In this document: piece after piece, positions 12,952 through 26,590 of the stretch
How positions within the stretch are numbered: the stretch's first letter is position 1
How the letters are laid out: the number at the start of each line of letters is the position of its first letter
Translations under genes and position numbers: made by a program
Notes under the pieces: generated by a model
Seen by the model: only the letters and a program-made list of their open reading frames with translations
What the model was told of the DNA's origin: nothing
Database searches by the model: none
Assembly (NCBI GenBank): GCA_965153355.1
Contig: OZ231126.1
Coordinates: 47,492,001 to 47,556,000, forward strand
Length of the DNA stretch: 64,000 bases
Direction of reading: 5' to 3'
From: Flaccisagitta enflata
Lineage: Eukaryota

Positions 12952-15900
12952 ATGATGGCTCTCAGATTGACAATAATTTTGGCGATCCTTTGTTTCTCGG
13001 AGGAAGGGGCTGCCAACTGGGGTAAGTACTAAGTAGATTAATTCCATGATATATTGATAAAGTTTTTGGCTACTCATACCGTGAAAGCGTTACGTTATCA
13101 CAACACCGTCTCGAGCGTCTGAAATGAAAAGAATGGGTTAACAATGACATTGTCAATGTCCTGCTCAGGAAGCCTAACTTTCTCCGGCGCTGCAAGCAAT
13201 GCCCATCAGATGCACTTGTGATACCTTGTAATCATGCTTTATGATCATTTATCGTGATCATCTATTGTGATCGCTATTTGAATGACTCCCAATAAATTAT
13301 TGTAGTTTATAGCTGTATCATTCTCGCTACACTTTATGTGTGAATTAAAATGTATCATAGAAAAAGGCAATAAAAAAGTGGATGGATCCAGATACTCATT
13401 GATCCATGATTATTTTCTCGATCACTAGATTCTGTTATTTTTCCCCCACCCACCTTTCTGTTAGATGCCCCCTTCCCCCTGCCCCTCTCGTCCTTTGAGC
13501 ATGTTGAGCAGTTGAGCTCCTCTCTACCAAAAGTCATTCATGCTGTCATGATCCCGACCTTGGTGATTTGCAGATAACTACAAACAAGCAGAAGATGGAA
13601 ACTTTTATCACTTCCATACCACGAAAAAGAAGTGGGGAGATGCAAGATCAACCTGCATCGCGGAGCAGAAAGGAGCGCGTCTCCCCATCATTGACAATGA
13701 AATCTCTATTCAAGTTCTGAATGACGAAAACATCGTCCAGCTCAATGACCCATCGAGGGCCATTGTTAGCAACCAGTAAATGACAGATGCCAAATCCTCA
13801 TCTTGACTATATCAGAAACACATCTGAAATGAGTCTTTTGATACAATTTGGTTTACACATTCTATAAATCATGTGATCATGATCTTGAGTATCTTAGACA
13901 CAAATCCGAAATGACTTGTTTTTAGTCGCGTGCTACGCGACTCTACACCCCGCTTTGTCGGTCCGTCCGTCCGTAGCTCCGTCCGTTGGTCCGTCCGTCA
14001 CACTTTACTTTTTTTGTTTTGTTTTTTTGCGGTCTTTGGCCTCACTGCTCCTGACCAAATGATCAAGTGACCGCAAATACAGCCCCTGCCCACCCGCACG
14101 CGACTGGGTTAGCCGTGTATCCGGTTTCATACAATTTCAATTCAGAAATTCTGACAAACGAGTTCATGCTGCAATTTACAAGGATTTAAAAACAATGGCA
14201 ACGATAATGATTGTAAAAGATCAGGATGATTGTGTATAAAGATCATTTTTCGTTTGATTCGTATGATAAAATGTCATGATCCAATTCTAGGATGTTCTTG
14301 GGAGCATCAGATGCAGAGACTGAAGGGAAGTGGTACTGGATGGACGAAAATGATTCAAAACTGGATGGCTCCTCTATTCCATGGAGCACTGGTCAGCCAG
14401 ATACCAAGGAAGGCAAAGACTGTCTGGTTTCTGTGCCTAACACAATGACAGGAACAACTGGATTGCATGCAGCAAGTTGCAGTATTGAGAGATATTTCTT
14501 GTGTCAACGTCAGCGGAAAAGTAAGCAGAGTTGATCCATCGAGATGAGATGGAATTGATCCAATAATGTTTACAAATAGAAATTATGTCATCAAAGAAAG
14601 ACTTGGTATTGACTTAGAATACAGTCAGTGGACAAAACAAAATAGGTAGAGAGCTCACTCTATTGGCTTTGATCCAACCTACTGTTATCAAACAGCAGGC
14701 TGTAAACAACAACTGGTTGTGAAAATTACAGCCGGCTGTCATCTTACAAAGTTGGCAAAAATCCAACCTAAATAGAATAGAACGTAACTAGCATATTCAT
14801 AATCCTGATGAAATTCTGAGAAGTTTGGCATGTCACACTTGATACTTTTTATAAGAAATAATTTTTTAACATTGCATTGTAACTTAATTAAACATTGATA
14901 ATTTTTTTTATTTTCATATTAAAGTATATGTTGTGACATATCAAACTTGTCAGAATTTCACAAGAATTATGAATTTGCAGGTCTCACTTTATTTGATAAA
15001 AGTTGGATTTTTGCCAACTTTGTAGCATGACAGCCGGCTGTAATTTTTACAACCAGTTGTTGTTTACAGCCTGCTGTTTGATAACAGTAGGTTGGATCAA
15101 AGCCAACGGGTTAAGCTCTCTACCTATTGTGTTTTGTCCACTGACTGAATATACTTAATACAAAAAGATTTGTTGTTCGCTAATTCCCTCTCTGACTAAC
15201 TCAGAACCATGTGGTGCAAACGGCGAAATGACAACTGGCTTGTTTGTCAGATTGGAACATGAAAATCAGCAATTGAAGAGTGCTGATGTTTTCAGGTACA
15301 ACATTTAAAATCACAGTTTTAAGTTGTGCCTTTGAGTTTTTTCTAGGTGAGCTTTATCTTGCATTTTCCTGCTGGTCATAACATACAGTAGATCTCGTCT
15401 AGACTTGAGATTAAAAGGGGCAAGGATAATGGGAAGAGAAATGAAGCTAGGGGACTGACATTTGAAATATAAACCAATAAAAGAATGATTTATTCCCCAT
15501 GATGGTCGGTTGCCATGGAAACACATTTCCATGTATTCTCGCTAAAACATCGATATTTTGAGAGATCTTTTACAGAAAATTGGTTAAAATCAATACGTTT
15601 CCATGGCAACCAACTGTTATGGGGAATAAATCATTCTTTTATTAGTTTATATTCCAAATACCAGTCCCCTAGCTTAATCCGTTTTTCTACAATGCTCGCC
15701 CCCGTTATCTAGAAAGTAAGTCTAGACGAGATCCACTGTATCATATTAGTTGATAACAAATATCTCTTTAATTCACAGTCAGTTTGAAGATGGGTCAGTC
15801 CATTGGTACGTTTTTTAGTTGCATGCACGCGACCTTATGTTTCATTTTGTTGGTGCGCTGGTAATCCATAATACAGTTGAATACTGCAATAACGGATGCC

Positions 15901-16320
15901 AAGGGACTAAAGGGGTTTCTGCATTGGGAAAATTAATAAGGTATGACATTATTACATTATTTTGATAATGTACCCAATGTGAGACCCTTAACAAATTTTA
16001 CCTTTTATAGGCTGATTTCTGTTATCGCCAATGTAAGTAGATAAAATGACAATGCATTTTTCTTGGGTCCGTTTAAACGGGATATAACTATTTTTTTCCT
16101 TTTGGGCAAATGGGGGCATTTTTAACACAATTGACCCTGCCAAAATGCTGAATTAGCCTATTTCATAAGTCAAACTGCATTTCTATTCTCATTCTTCAGA
16201 TCGGCCTTTGATCATTTGAAATCTGATGGAAACTTGATGAACGAGAATTGTGACAAAATGTCGGTAAAATCGAGTGAATCGGAAGATGAGGTCCACTTCA
16301 CGTTCAACAGGGAAGATTAG
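12952..16320 (+). CDS. Secreted C-type lectin B (QPD motif) with C-terminal extra domain, about 237 aa
   Basis: Exons 12952-13021, 13574-13775, 14291-14520, 15205-15295, 16200-16320; exons 2-5 are the same lengths and phases as in lectin A. Confidence 0.92.
13919..14126 (+). mobile_element. HINE-like element, AGTCGCG-hairpin subfamily
   Basis: 5' hairpin, (GTCC)n, 3' ACGCGACT and GCCGTGTATCCGG. Other copies at about 10394-10552, 25201-25367, 30160-30650, 47596-47758 and 56781-56994. Confidence 0.78.
14622..15147. mobile_element. Foldback MITE (same family as 1588-2114), TSD AATA, in lectin B intron 3
   Basis: CAGTCAGTGGACAAAAC...GTTTTGTCCACTGACTG; AATA at 14618-14621 and 15148-15151; absent from lectin A intron 3. 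Confidence 0.92.
15386..15738. mobile_element. Tc1/mariner-like palindromic MITE in lectin B intron 4
   Basis: TA|CAGT(A/G)GATCTCGTCTAGACTT TIR and internal inverted arms. Confidence 0.88.
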
Positions 16321-16642
16321 GTCCACTACACGTTCAACAGGGAACGTTGAAAGGAGAAATAGGCAGAGCGTATCCTGAGATGTTTCATCCCAAAGGGAAA
16401 ATTCGGTGGGATCATTGATCATTGACTACAAATTGTCTTATCTTTGAAGATGGCAATTTGCATTAATATACTATGATAACAATATCCCTCACTACTGAAA
16501 CTGGATATTATGGAAGAGGGCTTTGTGAGCCCTCACTGACTACTTACTACGCGACTCACTTTTTCATTTCCATGTAGCAAAATTTACTTAACAAATATCT
16601 ATTCTGAGTCTAACCCAAAACGCTAATCTTACCATATAGATA

Positions 16643-17237
16643 CTACCTTGGAAAAAAGTATATATACACCCGTAGTATGATATGATTTGCTGATTGAATA
16701 TCTGTTTAATCATTATAATGAAAGTGTTTATGTTTTAAGTGACTTGTTTTTTGAATGCATATTCAGTTTAAAGGTTTTGGAAAAAAATTACAGTCATTTA
16801 AACTAGTAATAGATGATCTTGTTATATCATTATTAAGAAAATTTTCTTTATGGGAAAGTGTTTATAGTTTTGTCTGCCATTTCCAAACAATTGAAGCCAC
16901 AGGAACCAAGTTGGGCTTCTTCTCTAGATTATTTGATGTAGATGAGTTTGCTTTTTTGAAAAAAATATGTAGCTACTCCGGAAGCCATGATATCTCTTCT
17001 TAAAACAACTCTGAATTTTCACAGTTTCAAACGTTCAATATAATCCTAATTTATGAAGTGAATGTTTTTACTCTTTGGCTTGTAATTTCCAAACGGTTAA
17101 AGTTACAGATTCCAGATTGAACTAGTTTTGAAGATTTTTTGATGAAGATTACATTCTTTTTCAAAAAATCTTTTTGGCGTTTTTAGAAGCTGAGATATCC
17201 TTGATAGAAGTTGTATATATACTTATTTCCTAGATAG
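16643..17237. mobile_element. TA-target MITE (Tc1/mariner-like)
   Basis: Imperfect 25-bp TIR CTA(C/T)CT(T/A)GGAAA(A/T)AAGTATATATAC with TA TSD; empty site downstream of lectin A near 12140-12160. Confidence 0.85.
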
Positions 17238-18478
17238 TAAGGGCAAATGATTGTTACCTGTGTAACCAAAACTATGTAATAACTATGTAATAACTATATG
17301 ATAACCAAAACTATTTAATGATCATGTCGCAGAATCCCACTCAAAAAAAATATCATCTCACATGACATTTTTTCTGTACTGAGTTTGATATGAAAACAGA
17401 AATGTTAGGTGCGGCAATTTAAAAAAAATAATGAATTGATTGGACCGCTACAAAGTTTTTGCAGATCTGACTGTGTGATGGAAATCATGTTAGCTGATGG
17501 AAATCATGTTAGCTGCAGCTTGAAACATCTGCTTCTTCAGGAATTTTATCTTGATAAATTGATTTTGATTCTTTTATTCTTCTGCTTCTTCTTTCCTCTT
17601 TCCTTCTTATCTACTTTTTCCCCTTCTCTCCTTTTTCATCGTTTTTTTAGAAGCCGCGAAATGCAGAGCCAGAAGTAAAGTCAGAAAAAAAAGAGCCAAA
17701 TGCATTTGCGAATCCACTGAAATATTCCATTGAGAGCGGTTGTCATAAACACGAGCATGAGGATCAAACGGAACCGGCCAAAAATTCCCATTCCCATTCC
17801 ACAATGCAATGAAGCAGATTTGACAGTGGGATGAAAATATTCTTAACATGTCACAGCTTTCTTGCGCATTCTAGTGCTTGTTTGCTCGGTAATTCCAACG
17901 TAGATATGATATCTTTGACTCATTTCCACTTAAGTCATAGTGCAAACGAAGACGAAATTTGTTTTTCAGTCAGGATAAATTATTTCTGACAGTTATCTTT
18001 ATTGGTATCAAAACCTGAATTTTGTTTTTTTATACTTATAATAACTCTAATAGTATTTTCAAAAAGTAAATAAACGGAAAGTATCAATTGTATATGTTTA
18101 AAGACCAAAGTTAATCAAGGAAACATGGATTTTTCTAATAAAAAAAACCCAAAATTTCAAAAAACTGTCGGGCTTCTAGATGCAAAATTTTGTATTTTCA
18201 AAAATATAGCCCTCTTATTTAAAGTGTTTTGAAGGGGATTATGTTTATGAAAATGCCAATTTTTGAATCCCTATGCAAAGTTTCAATTTTACCCAGGACA
18301 TGTCAGATTGCCAAAATAAGTTTTTATAAAAAAAACTATTTTTTTCTGACATGAATCTTTATACTTCATACTTGCTATAGACCTAAGATTGATTTTTAGG
18401 CAAATATATCATGATTTCTGTTTGATATTTATTTTCAATTAGTGAAAAAATGCAAATTATTAAAATAAACAATATTGA

Positions 18479-18836
18479 AAACAAGGCCAACACCTATAAG
18501 TCGCGTGCGAGACTTACAGGCTTTGAATGACTTATAATGACTTATAATGAGATAGAATGACTTAAAATGACCAAAAAGGACTAAAAATGACTAATAACCC
18601 TGATAACCAAAAATGACTTAAAATGACTTAGAATGACTCAAAATGACTTAGAATGACTCAGAATGACTCAGAATGACTTGGAATAACTATAAATGACTTA
18701 AAATGACTTAAGAGTTGATGTTATATTAAAAAAAAGTAAAGTGTGACGGACGGACCGACGGACGAACGGACGGACCGACGGACGGACGGACGGACCGACA
18801 AAGCGGGGTGTAGAGTCGCGTGCACGCAACTAAAAA
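18479..18836 (-). mobile_element. HINE-like element with a 10-bp (AATGACT-core) tandem array
   Basis: Begins AACAAGGCC...AGTCGCGTGC, has a (GACG)n tract, and ends GAGTCGCGTGCACGCAACTAAAAA. Confidence 0.75.
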
Positions 18837-19204
18837 ATGTGTTGACTCATGAAATTTCACCTTCATGTGCACCATGACTTAAGCCAAATATTGAAAATAA
18901 ACACACCTCTGAGCACATTTTTTATCCCTTTCTATATCCTTTTATCTTTAGACAACAATCACTTCCTCATTTAATTGTTCCTTCCTTCATTTTCCGACTA
19001 AACAACAACTCTGTCCCTATTTTTCCTCTCTTTTACCTCGGCATTCCCGTGACTTCACTGTCCACAATTGGCATCTCCCAAATCCCCCAATCTCCCAACA
19101 TCCTCAACACTCCTTGTCTCAGTTGTCTGTTGTCCCGTTTCCGCCTCAATGCCACTTCCAAAACTGAAAAATTGGCAGAGAATTCCCAGTGACGTCATAG
19201 TGAC

Positions 19205-19537
<333 letters not shown>

Positions 19538-19916
19538 TTGCCAGAAAGATGGAAAAAAAGAGAGAGAGATTTCGATGAATTGAATTCATAATGTTCATTA
19601 AACTGATCAATGGTAATCCATCCGACGGTAGCAAAAATTCTTCTTGTTAATGACCCCGCCCAGTTTCACACAACTATCTTTGGTTCGGTAGCAATAACAG
19701 GAAAGCGGGAACGATCGTTGGCGAGCACGTCTCATGTTGTTTGCATTGGCTTTGTAGATAAGATCGGCTTACAAGCTGAGTTGAATCAATTCTTTTGTCC
19801 TGGAAACCAACGCGACTGAGAGCTTTTATTTGTTCATTGATCATCCAGTCGCCGCCATTTTGGGTAGAGCAGTTTTCTAACAAATCCTCTCTTCATTTGA
19901 AATATAATTTATTATC

Positions 19917-21536
19917 ATGGTTTTTATATTGGTGATGGTAGTTGCTGTGGTATGCTCCTCGAAGGAAGTTAGTGGCAACTGGGGTAAGTATTTTGCTATA
20001 TTGAAAGGATGTGTCTCTTAAACAAAAAAAAAGTGAACTTTAAGTGCTTATTTTTTTGCCAAGTCTTTTTGTTTCACTTCAATCGATACAATACATCCGT
20101 GGTGATGAGGTGTAAACAGTTACGTGCCTTTCTTTTTTTTTTTTTTTTTTTTTGTTCATAGCTAACTACAAACAAGCAGGAGATGGAAACTTTTACAATT
20201 TTTATTCAACAAAGAAGACCTGGGAAGAGGCAATAACGATCTGCAGAATGGCGAAAAGAGGAGCACGTCTTGCGATCATCGATAATGAAATCTCCTTTCA
20301 AGTTCTCAATGACGCAAACATCGTTTCGCTCAATGATCAGTAAATGATATGAACGAAAAAAGACAATAAGTGTTATTCAAATATTCACCACGTTTCAAAA
20401 ATGTGTGATTTCTTGAATTTTCTTGACGCGTTGTATTTTCAATCAAACGGTGAATGTTTGTTGTTTTGTTTTTTTTTTTTTGTTTTTTTTTCATTTTGAA
20501 GGTTTTTCTTGGGAGCATCGGACGCTGACAGTGAAGGAAATTGGTACTGGCTGGATGAAAATGACGCAAAACATGACGCATCCACCATTCAATGGGACAC
20601 TGACTGTGATCCTCGTCAGCCAAGTGGAGGGACAAGTCAAAATTGTCTGGTGGCCATCCCGAAAAATTCAAAACGCACAACGCGATTGCATGATGGAAAC
20701 TGCAATTACCAGCGAAAATTCTTGTGTCAACGTCAGCGAGAAAGTAAGCATCAAAATTTAGTGGAAAGCAAAGCCTCGCCTTAGGTCTAGACGAGTAATG
20801 TTTTGTCTTACAAATTTGAGTAGTAAGAGTCTTGGAAAAATTATCCAGCCTTTTCTATGGTCATTTAAGGACAATGTGGTGGAAATGGCAAAATCAAAAC
20901 TGGCTTCTTCTGTCGACTTGAAAATGGAAAAGTGCAAGTGGAGACCTTGGATATCTTCAGGTGCAACATGATGCAACATTCTCTCTTGATATCTATTTGT
21001 GAATCTCTTTGAAAGGCTATGACCGAAACCGTACACCTGCTTAAATGTTTATGATTATTTGTATCAGGTTATTTACACATGATCACAGTCGCAACCACGC
21101 TGCTCGCTGTCTCTCTGTCAGTCAAATGATCCATCACTCCAACAGTTTATTCGTCACGGTTTTGTTCTTTTTCTTGAGTAGGTTGAATAAGTTAAATATT
21201 AATAGTAACTTCACACTATTGCAACTACTGATACGCGTATCACTAAAGCTGCCACGTCCTTTGCCTAGATGCTTATTTTACGGGACAAAATGCAGTGTTA
21301 CACAAAAAAGTCTCAAAACTGGTCATCTTCGTTATGTCCCCACTGATTAATACTTCAAATGATTCCTATTCCATGACTTCAGAACGGCCTTTGATCATTT
21401 GCAATCTGGTGGGAGCGTGAATAACGAGAATTGTGAAAAAATGACGGTGAAATTGGCTGCAACAGAGGAGGAAGATGTCCATTTTGAATTGATTACTAAG
21501 AGCATACAGAGGAAGTGGGCAGGTGGAACCGGATGA
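19917..21536 (+). CDS. Secreted C-type lectin C (QPS motif) with C-terminal extra domain, about 243 aa
   Basis: Exons 19917-19983, 20162-20339, 20502-20743, 20870-20960, 21383-21536; same phases as A and B, total 732 nt in frame. Confidence 0.9.
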
Positions 21537-22117
21537 TGTTCAACTAATCAGGAAATAGATTTAAAAATTCGAAATGGATTGCTTTTCCACTGAAAACCCA
21601 GACAACCATTAGGCTTAACACGGGTCAGTTTTTTTAATGATTTTTTTACAATGTTTTGTTGAATAGACCTACACCTTGACTGAATACAAAGCTGTCAACT
21701 ATTATTTCAATCGCTGAGGTCAAAGCTGGGAATAAAAACATGTTTTATGCTCTAATGAGACATCATAATTATGATTTTTCTACTTGTTCTAATTTGTTTG
21801 ATCATTAGCCCTCTTATGCAAAATGTTATTCATGATAGTGAGGAGATCATATACTATAAGCGCAAACTAAAAAAAAACCTCTGTCCGTCAAAGCCACCCT
21901 GGGTTTTGCGGAACTCTCAGAAAGGATACCTTGGCAAAATTCTTTTTGATGTGCTTGTCCTTTCGAGCAGATGTTGTTGCTTTTGTGAAGCCCCAAAACA
22001 ATATTTTTTTGTTATCATCTTTATCTCTTTTAAAAAGGAAGAAAAATTCGAAGATTTTTCTGCATCATGCCTTGTACACAGTAAAGTGTTTCAGAAACAA
22101 CATGAGAGAAAGTAATA

Positions 22118-23320
22118 CTACGCGAATTAAAAAAAACGCAAGTTTTTTTACAGGTGATTTTTGTTCCTTTGGGTCACTTGGGACATGATTTATCAGTGAC
22201 CAAATTGAAGCTTTTTTCGAGAGCTTTCTTTTGAGCGCAATCCCACATCTCACGCCACGGGGGAGGCTTTCATAGGTCAAGAAAAATTCTCGGTCATAAT
22301 GGAGATTGGTTTGGGCCTCAGGAAGGTTTACTTTATCACTTTATACCAAAACAAAAATTTTTTTACTTCAAAATTGTTTTAAAATGCTGTAAAATGCCGT
22401 AAAAAGCCGTAAAATTGGCATTTTTGACAGTTTTTTTGGTCTGAAACCGCCGCTAAGGTAAAAAAATAGGCAAACAATGATTATCTGGCACTAAGACACA
22501 ATCATGCATATATACAGGCTAACTCGTCATCATTTAGTATCATTTTGTGCTGTAAAATGCCGTAAAAAGCCGTAAAAATGGCATTTTTTGATGACAAGTT
22601 GGCATGTATTTATGCAAGAATATGTTTTAGTGCCAGATAATCATTGTTTGCTCATTTTTTGGACCATATTAGCGGTTTTGGACCAAAAAAACTATCAAAA
22701 TGCCAATTTTATTTACTACATATTACGGCATTTAAAATTGAAGTAATTTTCGTTGTATTAGTGATAAAGTAAACTTCCTAAGGCAAAATCACTCTCATTA
22801 TGACGAGATTTTTCTTGACCTATGAAAGCCTCCCCCGTGGCGTGTATCTGTAGCTTCATTCGTTTAGAAGTTATATTCAAAAGAAGGTGCAGGGGTCAAA
22901 ATTTCAAAATGCAGTAAGAGGGAAAAATAAGGATATTTTGAGGTGAACATGATAGAGTAATTGCACTGCCACGGGCAATCAGGCATTGTTCTACCCATGC
23001 TGTTTACTTTTATAGTTTCCATATTTGAGTTCCTCAATGTCTATGATGAAAAATGAAGCACCGACTGTATTTCAGTGTGATAAGACCTTTGAAATCATTA
23101 TAGATTAAACTGAAAATCAAAGGCGAAAATAAGTAAAGTACATGTCACTTTAGCAAGTTTTTTTCTCTGCATCAACTTAATTCTGATGTCTAAAACTCTT
23201 TGCTATGATGCACAGAAACTCAAATAAACCAAACCAGCTCGTACAAAGCTACTTAGAAGAAAAAAAGAGTCCATTTCAGGCTCTTATATGAAAAACTTGC
23301 GTTTTTTTTAATTCAGGTAG
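22118..23320. mobile_element. TA-target non-autonomous DNA transposon containing a nested MITE
   Basis: TIR CTAC..GAATTAAAAAAAACGCAAGTTTTT at both ends, flanked by TA. Confidence 0.78.
22251..22844. mobile_element. Foldback MITE, CAC...GTG termini (Transib/CMC-like)
   Basis: Perfect TIR CACGCCACGGGGGAGGCTTTCATAGGTCAAGAAAAAT; possible 5-bp TSD CATCT/TATCT. Confidence 0.85.
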
Positions 23321-23725
23321 TAAACATTTGTATCAAGTCATATTCGCATTTCGATTAAAATACCCGACTCCTGGGATGATTACTGTGTACTAAATGCATT
23401 GACTTTTTTCAGGGGAACAAAGATGTAAATGAGAATCGATTTTTTGAATCATTCGACAAAAGTGAAAAGTGCAACAGGATCGGTGGACATGATTAGTGTT
23501 ATTGAATCTTTTTGGATCAAACTAGAAATTCAAAGTGAGGTCAATATTAGTCCAACTAGTTGATGATGAATAAAACAATCGGCTGTTCTGCCTCATGCAT
23601 TTCTTCGGGACTCTCGGATGAAAAATATATGAATTTTTTAGTAACATCTGAAAAAATCTATTGACTAGTCTCGTATAATTTACATGAAAGATAACATGAG
23701 TGCAATCGTGAAAACAAACTTGTCC

Positions 23726-23833
23726 TTTTTGGGCAGCGGCCCCAAAGGGGACGAAGTCCTGTAGAACACAGGGAAAATCTGTCCGTCTGTCTGTCCGTCT
23801 GTCCGTCCGTCCGTCCATCCGTCCGTCCATCCA

Positions 23834-23866
<33 letters not shown>

Positions 23867-24488
23867 CTGTCTGTCCGTCCGTCCGTCTGTCCATCCGTCC
23901 GTCCGTCCGTCCGTCCGTCCGTCCGTCCGTCTGTCCGTCCGTCCGTCCGTCCCTCCGTCCATCCATCCGTCCGTCCCCCCCGCTCCATCTTCAGGGCTTT
24001 GTCTCCTTTGGGGCCTATTCTGACCCATATTCTGCCAAATAGCCCAAATCCAAGCAATATGGCCCAAATCTAAGCAAAATGGCCCAAATCCAAGCATAAT
24101 GGCCCAAATCCAAGCAAAATAGCCCAAATCTGGCCAGAAACCCCCAATAATGGCCCAAGTACATTACCTACCTAGACTTTGACCAGATTTGGGCCATTTT
24201 GCTTGGATTTGACCATTATGCTTGATTTGGGCCATTTGCTAGAATTTAGGCCATAACAGATTGACTATTTAAGAGAATGGGTCAAGAATAGGCCCCAAAG
24301 AGACAAAGCCTGAGGATGGGGCGGGGATTTAACAGGCGGACAGACAGACGGACGGACAGATTCCCCCTGTGTTCTACAAGACTTTGTCCCCTTCGGAGCC
24401 GCTGCCCTGCTCCCCCTCAACTTAAATCACACACTACTCAAGCAGGGCACGGGTACCGCTGACCACTTACCGCCTTTGGGCTGCTATT
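23726..24488 (+). mobile_element. HINE-like family 2 copy with (GTCC)n and GGCCCAAATC tandem arrays
   Basis: TTTTTGGGCAGCGGCCCC...GCCGCTGCCC; the 3' tail GGGCACGGGTACCGCTGACC is shared with 9758-10367. Confidence 0.75.
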
Positions 24489-25564
24489 TAAGGTCGTGTA
24501 AATTGCCGAATGATAGGAAAGGTCAAATCATTGACTGACAGAGAAGCATATCGACTAATCGAAAAAACCAGTTATTGACTTTGAAGGTTGCCATCATTTA
24601 AATGGAATTGGAAACGCAAAACAATACGGCTCATACCATCTTCTATCTCATTAACCTCTGTTGTCCCATTTCCGCCTCAATGCCACTTCCTAAACTGGAA
24701 AATTGGCAGGAGGTTCCAAGTGACGTCATAGTGACGCAGAAAGAGAGAGAGAGTGAAGAGTGGGAGAGAGAGTATCGATGTGTCTTTTCTTTGAGATAAC
24801 GGCGTTTCAAAAAGAAGAAGGCAGGAAGGAAGGAATACAGTAAAGTTCTATTCATTCAATGAAATTTCAAACGCAATGATTAAAGAAATTCAAATGGAAG
24901 CAGTATTTATAGGAGAGGAAAACGTGATTACAAAGAATGTGAACTTGAGCAAAACGTGACCTCGTTTCACCTTGATTTTGCCCAAATATGTAAGTATCTC
25001 GCCTTTTTACAAGTTCAAATGAAAGAATGCTGACAATTTCTTTAAGGAATTCGCATTTCTTAAACACGCGCAAATTGCGATTACAAGTCTCACATACCTG
25101 CATTCCACCCGGCCACGCACCCACAAAACGCGACCGAAGATCTCGTTTTATGAATGTTGACCTTGCAGAAGACTGTGACAGAAAAGCTAAATGAAATAAC
25201 AACAAGGCCGGATACACGGCAATCCAGTCGCGGACGGTTGGGCAGGAGCAGTAATGCGAAAACCGCTCGGAATTCAAAAATGTGGCGGACGGACGGACGG
25301 ACGGACGGACCGACGGACCGACCTACCGACCGACACGGCAAGGTGTAGAGTCGCGTGTCCGCGACTAACAAAGATTTCAACAGATGTTTTGCACAGACAA
25401 AAAATGTGCGAGACATACACAATACACGGACCAAACAGTACCACTTTAAGATATTCAATGCTAATTCAAAAAATTTGCCCGCAAAACAAAATTTCACCAT
25501 TTCCAACTACGATCAGACCACAAAATTCCAAAAGATAAAAACATTTTCATTCTTGACACCATTT

Positions 25565-25649
<85 letters not shown>

Positions 25650-26590
25650 AACACTGACAAAAAGACAAAGTTATTCAGGAAAGAGGGAAACGAAGCAAAA
25701 TCAAAGCTTTACCATAATTGAACGACAGACAAACATTCAGAGAAACAGGCAGACAGAATACCAAACATATAAATAGATTGTGACACGGGCCTATACGGAT
25801 GGACAGCTCGGAGGGACTGACACGGTCATTACAATGAGGAACAAGACTGTGATGGAAACAAATATGGAGGGACAGACTGACAGACAACTGGCTCTTCAGA
25901 CTGATGCGCCTTTGGCTTGGCATTTTACGGATGGCCAAACGAGAAAAAGAGGCCAACAAGAAGCCGATAATAGAAGGCCGGATACGATGCCATGGCCAAT
26001 GTGATGAGGACAAAGAGGGGGGGGGGTGGAGGGGGAGGAGGGAGGGGTGTGGGATAAGGAGGATAAGTACCAGGAGCCTGGCGGAGAGAGTTCAGAGGCG
26101 ATACCATGTCAAGATATCCGCACGGGACATGCGGAACCATTGGCCAGTTCCCCGCTAGTCTATGTTTTTTGTACTACCGCAATGTTCTTATCACTTTGAT
26201 CATGTGATCAAAGTAAAAAGTAGAGGAAAAGTGATAAAAGCGGTTGAAAAATTAACGGAAACATAGCAGATCTCATGTAATTAGGCGGAAAAGTGAAATG
26301 ATCAATTTAGATAGTAGAAATGTCCTCAGTATGATGATATTTGACATGGAGATAGCTAAGCCCTAGTATTTTGACAGAGAAAAGCGATGTCGGCGACTTT
26401 CCTGTGTGTAGGGCGATATGAAGGGTGCTTTACCGAAAGTGAGGTGTCAGATTTTGGCTGATTTCTACGGAAAAAATGTTTCATAAGGAAAAGTTTCACA
26501 GGGTGTGTTTCTACTCAAAGACACAAACGCGTTTCTAATGTGGGTTTTGCAAATCGCGATTTTACTTCACTCTCCCTGAAAAAAACTAAT

